Part shown: one piece after another, positions 13,683 through 25,600 of the stretch | How positions within the stretch are numbered: position 1 is the first letter of the stretch | Layout of the letters: the number at the start of each line of letters is the position of its first letter | Assembly: GCF_008831285.2 (NCBI RefSeq) | Contig: NC_045138.2 | Span: 8,928,001-8,992,000, forward strand | Source: Nymphaea colorata | Lineage: Eukaryota | Direction: 5' to 3' | DNA: 64,000 nt | Translations under genes and position numbers: made by a program | The notes under the pieces: model-generated | Databases searched by the model: none | What the model was told of the DNA's origin: nothing | What the model saw: only the letters and a program-made list of their open reading frames with translations

Positions 13683-16600
13683 CTGCAAAGAAAGTTGTCA
13701 AATATATGGAGATTCTTGTGAGTGCATGTTTTCTTGACTGTAGTTTGGGTAATCAAATAAGTTGATCAGGTGCAGTTGAAAGGAAATCCTTGAAAACAAA
13801 CAAAATGTAACCTTGAATAAAGGGTTGAGATTTTTCTGGATGGCTCTCGAAAAAATTGCCTTCAGTTGATCTGGATCTGGCACTGATCCTTCTTTTGGTA
13901 CAACCACTACAGCAAGATGTTCCGGTCCACCACTGAAATGCTTAATGCTAACAGCGGCTGTTTCAAGCACACTGTCATCAGATGAGTTACAAGCACGCTC
14001 AATCTCAACTGCACTAACCTGAATCACCATGGTTAGACTTGAGACCTTTGATTTCTGATTCACTTCTTCTGTCCAAGCAACTAGAAAGAAAACTAATGCA
14101 AGTAGGAGAAAGGTACCTTGATGCCACCCAGATTCATCGTATCATCAGCTCTCCCCTGGACAACATAATAGCATCCAACTGTTCTCTGAACTATATCCCC
14201 ATGCCGCCTTAGACGCTTTGCATTTGAAATCGAAACATGTAAGCACAATGAGTTTGAAAACGGACCAGACAGTATACTCACGTATTCAGGCTTTGTCAAA
14301 GATGAGGCACAAATACAGGCCCTTGTTTTTGAACATTTATGTGAACTACTTTTGATGTCTGTAGAATGAAAAACTTAATGCTGAAAAGTTACCTCACATG
14401 ACCAGCAATCAAATGGAAGGAAGTTGGGCAACATAAACCAATTCTATCTTTACTAATCTGAGGATATCTATTTTAGCTTCAACTTCAGTTCTGGTTGCGT
14501 AGGGTGTGGAGGAATGTATGGGGGAAGAACAGATGAGCAGAAGAAACAAGAAAAAACATCATACCATCCCTTTGTATGTTGGCATGCCATCAAAGTAAAC
14601 CTTGTCATGATCAGCATTAATCAGCCTATCACTCGCACCCATGTAGACAGGAAACAGACCCACTTCACCAACACAAGGTTGATCATCTGGCTGCCAGGAT
14701 TACACAGTGAATCCTCCTTTTTAAATTTTGCATCACAAAAAAGTGATCATGACAGCTCCAAACAAGAAAGGCCTCAAAAAGAATCTTACATATGGATTTC
14801 CATTATCATCAAGGATAACAAAGCCTGTAGACATTGATGGCGTGCTAAATGCCCCTAATGCCTGTGGTTGCAAAACACTTCCCTGTACATAAGAAGATGC
14901 AAGTTCTGTACCACCACAACATTCAATAATTGGTCTGAAATATGCTTGCGAAGAAAGCCACAAATCATCATCAATGTTTGAAGATTCACCAGTAGAACCA
15001 AATACCCTGAAATTTATGGAGATGTAAGCAAACATGCAAGTGTCTAGAATCATCTTGAACAACATCAAAATGCTATCTTGAACAACATCAAAATGCTACA
15101 GCTCAGGTAAAATACTTGATGCTACTCCACTCAAATCCAGTCATGCACTTAGAACTTTTCCAAGATTTCACTAAACTTGGGACTGTACCCAGCATAGTAA
15201 CACCTGCATCCTGTTAATAATTGTGACTTATCTTCATGAAGATAGGGATTTGTCAAAAAAAAAATCGAAATGCAAGAATTATATATTTTACCTGCACAAA
15301 TTTTCCAAATCCATGACCAAGTGGAGATCCATTATAAAGTGCAAGTGTTGCCCCAGACAAGAAACATGAAAACAACATGATTGGCCCCATTACCCAGCCC
15401 AAATTTGTGGGCCAGCAAGCAATATCTCCAACTTTAGTATCGATATGTGCCCATGAATCTGCAGCACATCGAATAGGAGACAGCTGTGTCCATGGAATGG
15501 CTTTAGGCTCACCTGCATAATATCAGAGACATAACCTATTACACAAATGAAACAGATATAGAGACTGATATGCATGATGAATAAAAGTCACCTGTAGTTC
15601 CCGAAGAGAAAAGTATGTTAACTGTTGCATTGATTGGCATATGAACTGGAGAATATTGATCAGGCCTGTTGGCATCATGAAACATGTTACGACCAGAGAG
15701 AGAGAACGTTCAAAAATTGTCATTAACGTAACCCTAATCTCAAAGATAAAAGAGATTAGGGCTGGCAGTAACCAGAATTACAATGTCAGTCCAACTAAAA
15801 TAAGATAACAGTAAAAGACACATTTCAACTTCCTAATATTCAGAATAACTCAAACCGACAGTCAAATATATTTAACACTCCCTCTCAAGCTAGAGCATAG
15901 ATATCAACCATGCTCAACTTGTTATATCCTCTCAAGAAATCTCCTATGGGAAGAGCCTTGGTAAAAATATCAGTTGTCTGATCTTTAGAAGAAACATGAA
16001 TAGTACTAATAACTCCTTCTTGTACCAAGTTCCGAATATAATGACAATCCACTTCAATGTGTTTCATCCTCATGAAAAACAGGGTTGTTTGCAATATAGG
16101 TTGCTGCCCTGTTATCACAATACACCTTTGTAGAAACACGAACCACAAGGAGAGAGCAGAGAAAGCACACACAATATACGTGGAAAACCACGGGAAAGCT
16201 CTGACCTAGGGGCAAACCGCAACCCTAGGAGAGAGAAAATTATATTCACTTAACTCAACAATTACATGTAAGTGAAGAATATATAGGAGGGAGAGAAAGA
16301 GTGCCGCCTAGGGTACCGAGCCCACCTCGGTATCCGTGCCTCCATAGGACCGGGTCTAGATATGGACCCGGTTCCCCATTACAATATATTCTAACACTCC
16401 CCCTCAAGCTTGGCATACATGTCAAACATGCCAAGCTTGCTAACATTTTTCTCAAATTGAGATGTACATAAAGATTTAGTTAAGACATCCGCAACTTGAT
16501 CTTCAGACTTCATATAGGGCAGAATCAACTCCTTTGAATCTATGCGTTCCCGTATGAAGTGGCGATCGATCTCCACATGTTTGGTCCTGTCGTGCATGAC

Positions 16601-19600
16601 CGGATTATTTGCCAAGTTAATAGCAGACTTGTTGTCACCATACAACCTCATCTTCTCTTCCATTTTAACCCCAATATCTGCTAAAAGAATTTTGAGCCAT
16701 AACATCTCTGTAACCCCCATAGCAACCGCCCTATATTCAGCCTTAGCACTGGACCTGGAACAAACTTCTTGTCGTTTACTTCTCCAGACCACAAGGTTAC
16801 CTCCAAGAAAGATGCAGTATCCTGTGGTAGACCTCCTAGTATCTGTGCATCCTGCCCAGTCGGCATCAGAGTATCCTTCAATGCTTAGTCGATCTTGTCG
16901 AGTGTAGAGCAGTCCTTTCCCTGGGTCATTCTTTAAGTATCCCAATACTCTTTCAGCACTTTTCCAATGACGATCAGTAGGGGCATGCATAAACTGACTT
17001 AACACACCCACAGCATACGTAATATCTGGGCGAGTAAGAGTGAGATAAATAAGTTTACCAACCAGCCGCTGATACCTCCCTTTTCCTTCCTCATCCAAGA
17101 TAGTCCCAGATTTGATACTTATCCTTGTGCTAGACTCCATTGGGGTAAGAAAGGGCCTGCATCCCAGTTTACCTGTCTCTTTCAGAAGATCCAAAGTGTA
17201 TTTTCTTTGGCTCATAACAAGCCCAGTCTCAGCGATCTCAATTCCCAAGAAATACCTTAGTTTACCCAGATCTTTGAGATCGAATTCTGCAGCTAACGTT
17301 TCTTTCATCTTCCTTTTTTCCCTTTCGTCGTCACCTGTGACAATCATATCATCAACATATACAAGTAGAAGGCTCACCAAACCATTTCTCTGCTTGATGA
17401 AGAGGGTGTGATCACCATTTCCCTGTTTATACCCATTAGTCTTCATAACAACCCTTAGTCTTTCAAACCAAGCTCTAGGAGACTGCTTGAGACCATACAA
17501 AGCTTTCTTGAGATAGCAACACTTCCCGTTCCGAGCATATCCAGGCGGCATGCTCATATAGACTTCTTCCTCAAGGTGACCATTCAAGAAGGTGTTCTTG
17601 ACATCCAGTTGGTCCATGCTCCACTTCTTTTGCACTGCAAGAGCTAAGATGACCCTTACGGTCTTCAGTTTCGCCACAGGAGCAAACGTCTCAAGATAGT
17701 CAATCCCATATTTCTGGCTAAACCCTTTAGCAACAAGACGAGCTTTATAGCGTTCTACAGTGCCATCAGGTTTGTACTTCACAATAAACACCCACTTGGA
17801 ACCAACTAAGTGAGTTCCCTTGGGGATATCAACAACCTCCCACGTTTTGTTCTTTTCCAAGGCGTCCATCTCCTCTGTCATAGCCTGTAGCCATTTAGGA
17901 TCCTTCCTGGCATCTTCCACTGACCTGGGAATAACAGCCATAGATAAAGAGGTAACAAAGCACTTGTAGTCTTTACTGAGTTTTGCATATGAAACAAATC
18001 TCTGAATAGGATGAGAAGTACATGACCTGGTGCCCTTGCGCAGGGCTATGGGAAGTTCTTCATTCATTGGACTTGGATCATCCGGGGAGGTCACAAGATT
18101 GGGAAGATTGGGATTGGTAACATCAACGTCTTCCATCACATCCTTCTTCTTTCTGCTGTAAACCTAACCAAATAGGTGACCTCGAGACTGTTCTGTTAAG
18201 TCTGTACGTATAAGTGTAAGGGGATCGGGTCTGTTCAGACCCGATCCACTTCGTTTTTATGTCTTCACGTCTAAGTGGTGGCACCTCTTGTAATTACTTC
18301 ATGTTTTATTCCTCTTTTTGTTGTAACCTAATTAGGTTTATGTTTTAATAATAAAGATCAAGCATCGTGTGGCTGCATTGGCCGCCGGTTCTCTTACCTT
18401 CATTGCCTTCTTCTATTCTCTATTCTCCATCCTCCTTATTTTCAGACGGAGAGACGTGATTCGGTGATGTATTAGTGAAGATTCTAACATGGTATCAGAG
18501 CCAGGTTACATCGTCCTCCGGTGAGTGATTTCTTCTTGGAGTATTCTGTCCTAAATCTTATTTTCTACCGTGGTTATCCTCAAACTCTGTTTCTGCCCTT
18601 AATCCCACGATTTGCCCTAATTTCTGTTGCCCTAAATTCTGTTTTTTCGCCCTAAGCCACACGGTTTGCCCTCATTTGCCCTAATTTGCCCTAATTTCTG
18701 TCGTGACCTCTAAAATTCTGCCCAAATCGTCTGTTCTAATCCACTTTTTCAATCATGGACCAGCCGGCTCCCTCTCTTCTATCCTCTAGTTTTCTCTCAC
18801 AACTCATCTCTCAAAAACTGAACCATAGTAATTATTTGACTTGGAAACGCCAAATTGTCCCATTTATTAAGAGCCATAGACTGTATGGGCACATCGATGG
18901 GACTACTCCAGCACCTCCAAAGTATGTTAACCGTGAAATAAAGAAGACAGTCGTGGGAGATAAAGGTGCTGGGGCCTCGGCTGGAAGTGAAATCAGTTTT
19001 GAATATGAAACTCTTCCTGAGAGCAATCCCGAATATGAAGTTTGGCTGGCTCACGACCAGTCTCTTGTTGCTTATATCACTTCTACCTTGTCAGAGGAGG
19101 TATTGGGAGGTATTGATGATGATTTAACTGCCCTAGAGTTGTGGTCTACCCTTGCTACATGTAGAAATACGAAAAGAAGAAGACGAAGAGAAACAATGAT
19201 CACGATGTAACGTGGAAAACCCTCAACACGAGAGAGAAAAAACCACGAATGAGGAGGAATTGGTGCCCACTAGCAGCCAGACTCTCTCTCTCTTAATATT
19301 ATCATTAACACTTAAGGATTAGGGTTACATGACTTAAGTAGAGCCCAAAACGGGCTACAAGGCAGGTCGGGTATGGATCCGGACCCGAAACACACAATCT
19401 ATCAACACTCCCCCTCAAGTTGGGCATACATATCAAACATGCTCAACTTGGATACATTCCTCTCAAATGAAGCTAAAGGAAGAGCTTTCGTCAGAACATC
19501 AGCAGTTTGGTCTTCAGACTTCATTTAAGGTAAGATCAACTCTTTCGCATCAATCCTTTCCCGAATGAAGTGACGATCAATTTCAACATGTTTTGTTCTG

Positions 19601-22600
19601 TCGTGAAGAACAAGGTTGTTGGCTAAGTTGATTGCAGACTTGTTATCACAGTACATCTTCATAGGTCCTTCAATCTCTATTCCAATGTCAGTCAACAATA
19701 TCTTCAACCATAATAACTCTGACACTCCCATAGCAACTGCCCTATATTCTGCCTCTGCACTGGATCTAGAGCAAAAATCCTGTCTCTTGCTCCTCCATAC
19801 AACAAGGTTTCCTCCCAAGTAGACACAGTACCCTGTAGTGGATCGTCTGGTATCACCACAACCTGCCCAATCCGCATCAGAATAGCCCTCGATTTCCACA
19901 GTCTCTTGTTTCACATACAGGAGTCCCTTACCAGGATTTTTCTTCAGGTAGCATAGCACTCTGTCCACAGCCTTCAGATGTGCATCGGTTGGCGCATGCA
20001 TGAATTGGCTCAAAACATTCACCGCAAAGGTGATATCAGGTCTCGTGAGGGTAAGATAAATTAGCTTCCCAACCAAACGTTGATATCTTCCCTTGTCTTC
20101 TTCACAGAGAGGCTCTCCATCTCTAAGACTCAACTTGTGCCCAGTGTCAAAAGGGGTAGGAGTAGGTCTACATCCCAATTTACCAGTTTCTTCCAGCAGA
20201 TCTAATGTATATTTCCTTTGGTTTAGTACAAGGCCAGTACTAGACCTAGCAACCTCCATACCAAGAAAATACCTTAGCTTGCCAAGATCTTTGAGGTCGA
20301 ATTCTGTAGCCAGTAACCCTTTTAGCTTGATAATCTCCTCCTCATCATCTCCAGTAACAATCATGTCATCTACGTAGACGAGCAGGAGAGTAACCCTGCT
20401 CTCCTTCTTCTTCACAAACAGAGTATGATCTCCATTTCCTTGTTTGTATCCATGACGTATCATCACTCTTCTCAGTCGTTCAAACCACGCTCTGGGCGAT
20501 TGCTTAAGGCCATACAAGGCCTTTTTCAGCTTACAACACTTTTCTGGTTCTTCATATCCTGGAGGCATATGCATATATACTTCTTCTTCGAGGTCACCAT
20601 TGAGGAATGCATTCTTAACATCCAGTTGATACATCTTCCACTCCTTCATCACAGCTAGGGATATAACCACCCTCACAGTCTTCATTTTCGCAACAGGAGC
20701 AAAGGTTTCCAAGTAATCAATTCCATATTTCTGGCTAAACCCCTTGGCCACAAGTCGAGCTTTATATCTTTCAACACTCCCATCTGGTTTGTACTTGATG
20801 GTATACACCCATTTGGATCCAACTAGGTGAGCGACTTCAGGAATCTTCACCACTTCCCATGTCAAGTTTCTTCTTAGGGCATCTATTTCTTCTTTCATTG
20901 CATCAGCCCACTTGGAGTCACTTTGAGCTTCAGCGACAGTCCTGGGAATCACAGCCAAAGAGAGAGTAGAAACAAAGCACTTGTAATCTTTCCCAAGTCT
21001 GGAATAAGAAACAAAATTACCAATGGGGTGTTGAGTACATGACCTGACACCCTTTCTCAGGACAATGGGAAGATCGTCATTCTTCTTTTCAACCTCATCA
21101 TGAGTCTCCACGGTCTCCTTGGTAGGACTTGGTTCATCCAGGGAAGGAGTGGCATTGGGATTGGAAGTAGATCTAGCATCACAAGTCATCACCTCTGTCC
21201 GAGTACCTCGTCTAGAGTAGAACTGTCCAAACAACTGAGGGCCTTCCTTCTCAATGCTATTGTCACCCCTTTCCTCCTTCTCAGGCACATCAACAGTATT
21301 AAGTGATTCTGCTTTCTTGTAGTCCAAAAAATCTATAAACTGAAGTTCCTGTCTCTGAGAATACTCTTCCCTGCCCACAGACTGCTCCCCCTGAAGAGGA
21401 TTCGCACCAAAGTAAGAGGCATGTTCCAAGAAGGTAACATCCCTCGTAACATAAGCTCGACCAGTAATAGGATCAATACATTTGTATCTTTTTTGAGTAG
21501 GGGAGTATCCAACAAAGACACCTTTGATAGACCTAGGATCAAGTTTCTTGACATTTGGACTGTGATCATGGATAAAACATACACAACCAAAAACACGAGG
21601 AGGAAGAAGAAATGGTGGACGACTGCTAGGAAGCAACGAGTGGGGAGTCCTACCATTCAAAACACGACTGGGCATGCGGTTAATAAGATAGGCACTAATA
21701 AGAACTGCATCACCCCAATAGTGTTTAGGAAGATTTCTCTGAAACAAAAGAGCCCTGGTGACATTAAGAAGTTGACGATTTTTCCTTTCAGCTACCCCAT
21801 TTTGAGGGGGGGTGTAACTACAGGATGTCTCGTGAACAATCCCCCGTTGTCTAAGAAACTCCTCAACAGGCTGACACATGTACTCACGGGCATTATCGGA
21901 CCTAAAAGTTTTAACATTCGCACCATACTGGGTATGCACAAGAAGAATAAATGTCTCTATGATGCGAGGAACCTCGCTGCGGTCTTTTAACAAGTATATA
22001 AATGTTGCACGAGAGAAATCATCAATGAAAGTGATAAAATACTGGAAACCTTGACGGGTATGAATGCCCGAAGGTCCCCATACATCAGAGTGAATCAGGG
22101 AAAAAACTTCATTAGCACAACTAGAAGAAAGAGGGTACGAAGCCCTCACATGTTTGGCAAACTGACAAACATCACAAGAAATGGAAGACAAATCAAAGGA
22201 GGAACACAAGTCTGGAAACAAATGTTTCAAAATCCCAAAAGGTAAATGCCCAAAACGTTCATGCCAGTACATAAAAGACTGAAGACAATCTTCTCTTCTC
22301 TTATCTGTCTTGCAGATCGCTGTCAACAGAGCAGTAGCCACACGTATGGGAAGACGATATAATCCATTAGAAGCTAAACCAATCCCAATCCTCTTCCCTG
22401 TCACCAAGTCCTGCAAAACACAACGATCGGCAGAGAATATAAGTTCACAATTCAATTCTTTAGTAAGTCTACTGACTGATAAGAGATTTAAAGGAAACTG
22501 GGGAACATGTAAAGCGCCCTGCACATGAAATTTGTCCAACAAGGACAGAGTGCCTTCGCCTGCCACACAGGTAGAGGAACCATCTGCAAGAGAAACACGT

Positions 22601-25600
22601 TCCTTTCCCGAGGACAACTTATACTCATGAAACAATTTTGGATTACCTGTCATGTGATGAGTAGCACCACTATCGACAATCCATTCCCCCACAGAAGAGT
22701 TACCTTGATTGCCAATAACCGCGAGAGCATGATTAGCTGTAGTTCCCTCTGAGGTCTCAATCTTGTTGACATCGATCCTGCCCAAATAAGCCCTTAATTC
22801 ACGAAGCTGGTCAGCAGAAATGGAGACTTTTTCTCCACTGGATGCTTGCACCTCAGACACAGGCGTTCTCCCAATCGAAGATCTCCCTTTGTTTCCCTTC
22901 TTTTCTGGATGAAGATCCCAACAATAATCCACGGTGTGACCTGTCTTCTTGCAGTGAGTGCACCGGCGAAGGGATCTAGACGGGCCGCCAGGACCACGAC
23001 TCACGAGAGCGGATCTCTCGTTATAGGGCACAAGTTCCTTCTTCCTGTCTTTTGTAACAAGCCTCCTCTGTTCTTCCGCTTCAATACAGGAGTACACATC
23101 TTCAATACTGGACACCTCCCCTGAATTCAGAATCTGGCTTCGAACACCTTCAAACTCATCATTTAAACCTGCTAAAAATAGGAACACCCTGTTTTCCCAT
23201 TCATAAGCAACATAGAGCGCCTGATCATGGGGACAATGCCAAGGAATATCAGAATGATAGTCAAGCTCTTCCCACTTGGCTTTCAAAGCTCCATAGTACT
23301 CTGCAACAGACGAGTTCCCTTGTCGAATGCCATAGACTGTCTTCATTACTTGGTAAGTACGAATTGCGGTCTTCTTTTGGCCATACATTTGCTCGAGGAC
23401 CACCCACATGTTTCTAGCAGTCTTCTTTCGAAGGATAAGGGGCTGAATATCGGCGGAAACGGAATTGACAATCCAAGTTTTCACTTGATTATTCTCAAGA
23501 AACCAAGTATGCCACACATCACTTGTTCTTGCTGGTTCGGGGTTGCTCCCATCAATATAGGCCATGCGACCACGGCCAGCAATCCCCATAGTCATAGCAG
23601 GCGACCACGAGAAGTAATTCTCCTTGGTGAGGCGAAGAGTGATGACCTGCATGGGAACATTCTCAGTTCTAAAAGCCCCTATTTCAGTGGGATTGGTGTT
23701 GACGGTTGACGAGGAAGAGGCTGCCATAATCACAGACCAGTCTAGCTACGGGAGAAGCCCAGTGGGCAGCAAGGGCAGCAGGGAGCAACAGCACAATACA
23801 ACACCAAAAAAAAAGGCAGAGAGCAGGCAACGGACAAAACGGAGAACGCCTAAACCTCACCGGCGGAAGAGACAGCAACAGAGAGGCAGCGCCGGAGAGA
23901 AAAAAAAACGAGGCAGAGCGGCGCGGCGCTGGGCGGAAACAGACCGCCGGAACCTGGCAGAGCGGCGCAACGGCGGAAGCAGACCGCCGGAACCAGGCAG
24001 AGCGGCGCGGCGCTGGGCGGAAATAAACCGCCGGAACCAGGCAGAGCGGCGCGGCGCCGGAAAAAAGGCACAGCGGTGGGCGATGCGTCGGTTGACAGAG
24101 AGGAACGCCGCTGGACAGGGCGTCGCTGGGCGGAAGCGGCTGAACAGGAACGGCGCTGATCAGGGCGGCGCTGGGCGGAGACGGCGGCGGGGCGACAGAC
24201 GAAGCCCGGGCACGAGCGTCGGGCACAGGCGTCGGACGAAGCTCGGGCACGGGTGATGAACAGTGTCGGGCGAGACGATGAACAGTGCCGGGCGAGTCAA
24301 TGAACAGTGCCAGGCGAATCCTCCTCCAACACGGGCAAAAGACAAACCAGAAACGCCGGAACTTCACGGCTCTGATACCATGTAGAAATACGAAAAGAAG
24401 AAGACGAAGAGAAACAATGATCACGATGTAACGTGGAAAACCCTCAACACGAGGGAGAAAAAACCACGAATGAGGAGGAGTTGGTGCCCACTAGCAGCCA
24501 GACTCTCTCTCTCTTAATATTATCATTAACACTTAAGGATTAGGGTTACATGACATAAGTAGAGCCCAAAACGGGCTACAAGGCGGGTCGGGTATGGATC
24601 CGGACCCGAAACACACAATCTATCAACACTACAACATATTCTCAAGTCTCGGAAGCACGTTTTCTACAATCAAGAAGGCAATTTCAGGATATCAAGCATG
24701 GGCCCTTTTTTTGGTTATCTCCGCTGCCCTTTTTTTCTGTTCCGCCGCCGGCCGGTTGTGACCTTCTTTGGGGATTGCAATGGCTGACGCAGTGATTTCC
24801 AAGATTGATGATGCCCTGGACACGGGCAGCAATACCAAGGGTGAGAACTTGCCTGTTCATGTCACCTCCATTCGGCTGAACAAGGATAACTATCTCTCGT
24901 GGTCTGCTGCCCTAGAAATCGGGATTACTAGTCGTGGTCGCCTGCACTATATCACTGGGGAGAAGCCTGCACCTTCTAAAACTGATTCGCAATGGCCGAC
25001 CTGGGCGTTGGAAGATAGTCAGGTTAAAGTATGGATTATTAGTTCGGTTTCCGCAGATATTCAGCCTTTGATCTTGCGTAAATCGACTGCGTATGATATG
25101 TGGACTGTTCTTGCACGTATGTATGGTCGTAAGAAGCGTGTTTTATGTGCATATCAAATCAAATGTAGCATATATGCTCTTAAACAGGGTGATTTATCTG
25201 TTGCCTCCTTCTATGCCGCCCTGAAGACCAAATGGGAGGAACTGGATTATCATGTGAATGATGACTGGAAATGTGGTGTTGATCATGCCCTGTATTGGGA
25301 AAAGGAATGGATGGACCGCACCTTTATCTTCCTTGGAGGCCTGCGTGATGAGTTTGAAACCATTCGGAGCCAGATTCTTAACTGTGATGAGATTCCTGGA
25401 ATCGAAGAGGTGTATGCTCGTATTGAGTCTGAGGAGCAACGGCGCCAGATTATGCATATTGACTCCCATCAGGGGAGTTCTCCAGCAGCCTTTGTGAGCC
25501 ATACTTCAGGGACAGGGCAGCGTCCTACTCAACGATGCAGCCATTGCAACAAAGCGGGTCATTCTGTTGATTTTTGTTGGGATCTTCATCCTGAGAAGCG

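Larger units (their letters stand above)
18194..24702 (+). mobile_element. Copia element C, 5' part (LTR 18194-18489, PBS, gag), interrupted by D
   Basis: TG..CA LTR, PBS TGGTATCAGAGC 18490-18501, gag from 18755 to 19159, resuming at 24629 ([13 protein letters not shown]) and ending about 24702. Confidence 0.9.

Noticed and set aside
15052..15098. 23-bp tandem duplication in a short AAE18 intron
   Set aside because: Ordinary slippage; splice sites unaffected.
18490..18501. tRNA-Met similarity
   Set aside because: 12-nt primer binding sites only, not tRNA genes.
18755..19210. Gag with basic [11 protein letters not shown] tail (same tail on ORF 49366-52005)
   Set aside because: Read-through into the inserted D/N LTR, not a real domain.
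19616..23709. Plus-strand ORFs duplicated at 52411-56504
   Set aside because: Antisense shadows of the Gag-Pol ORF, repeated only because D and N are near-identical.
23624..24424. 210-aa Arg-rich and 246-aa ORFs on both strands (also 56562-57089)
   Set aside because: Stop-poor GC-rich leader repeats; frames not conserved between D and N; no real ATG context.
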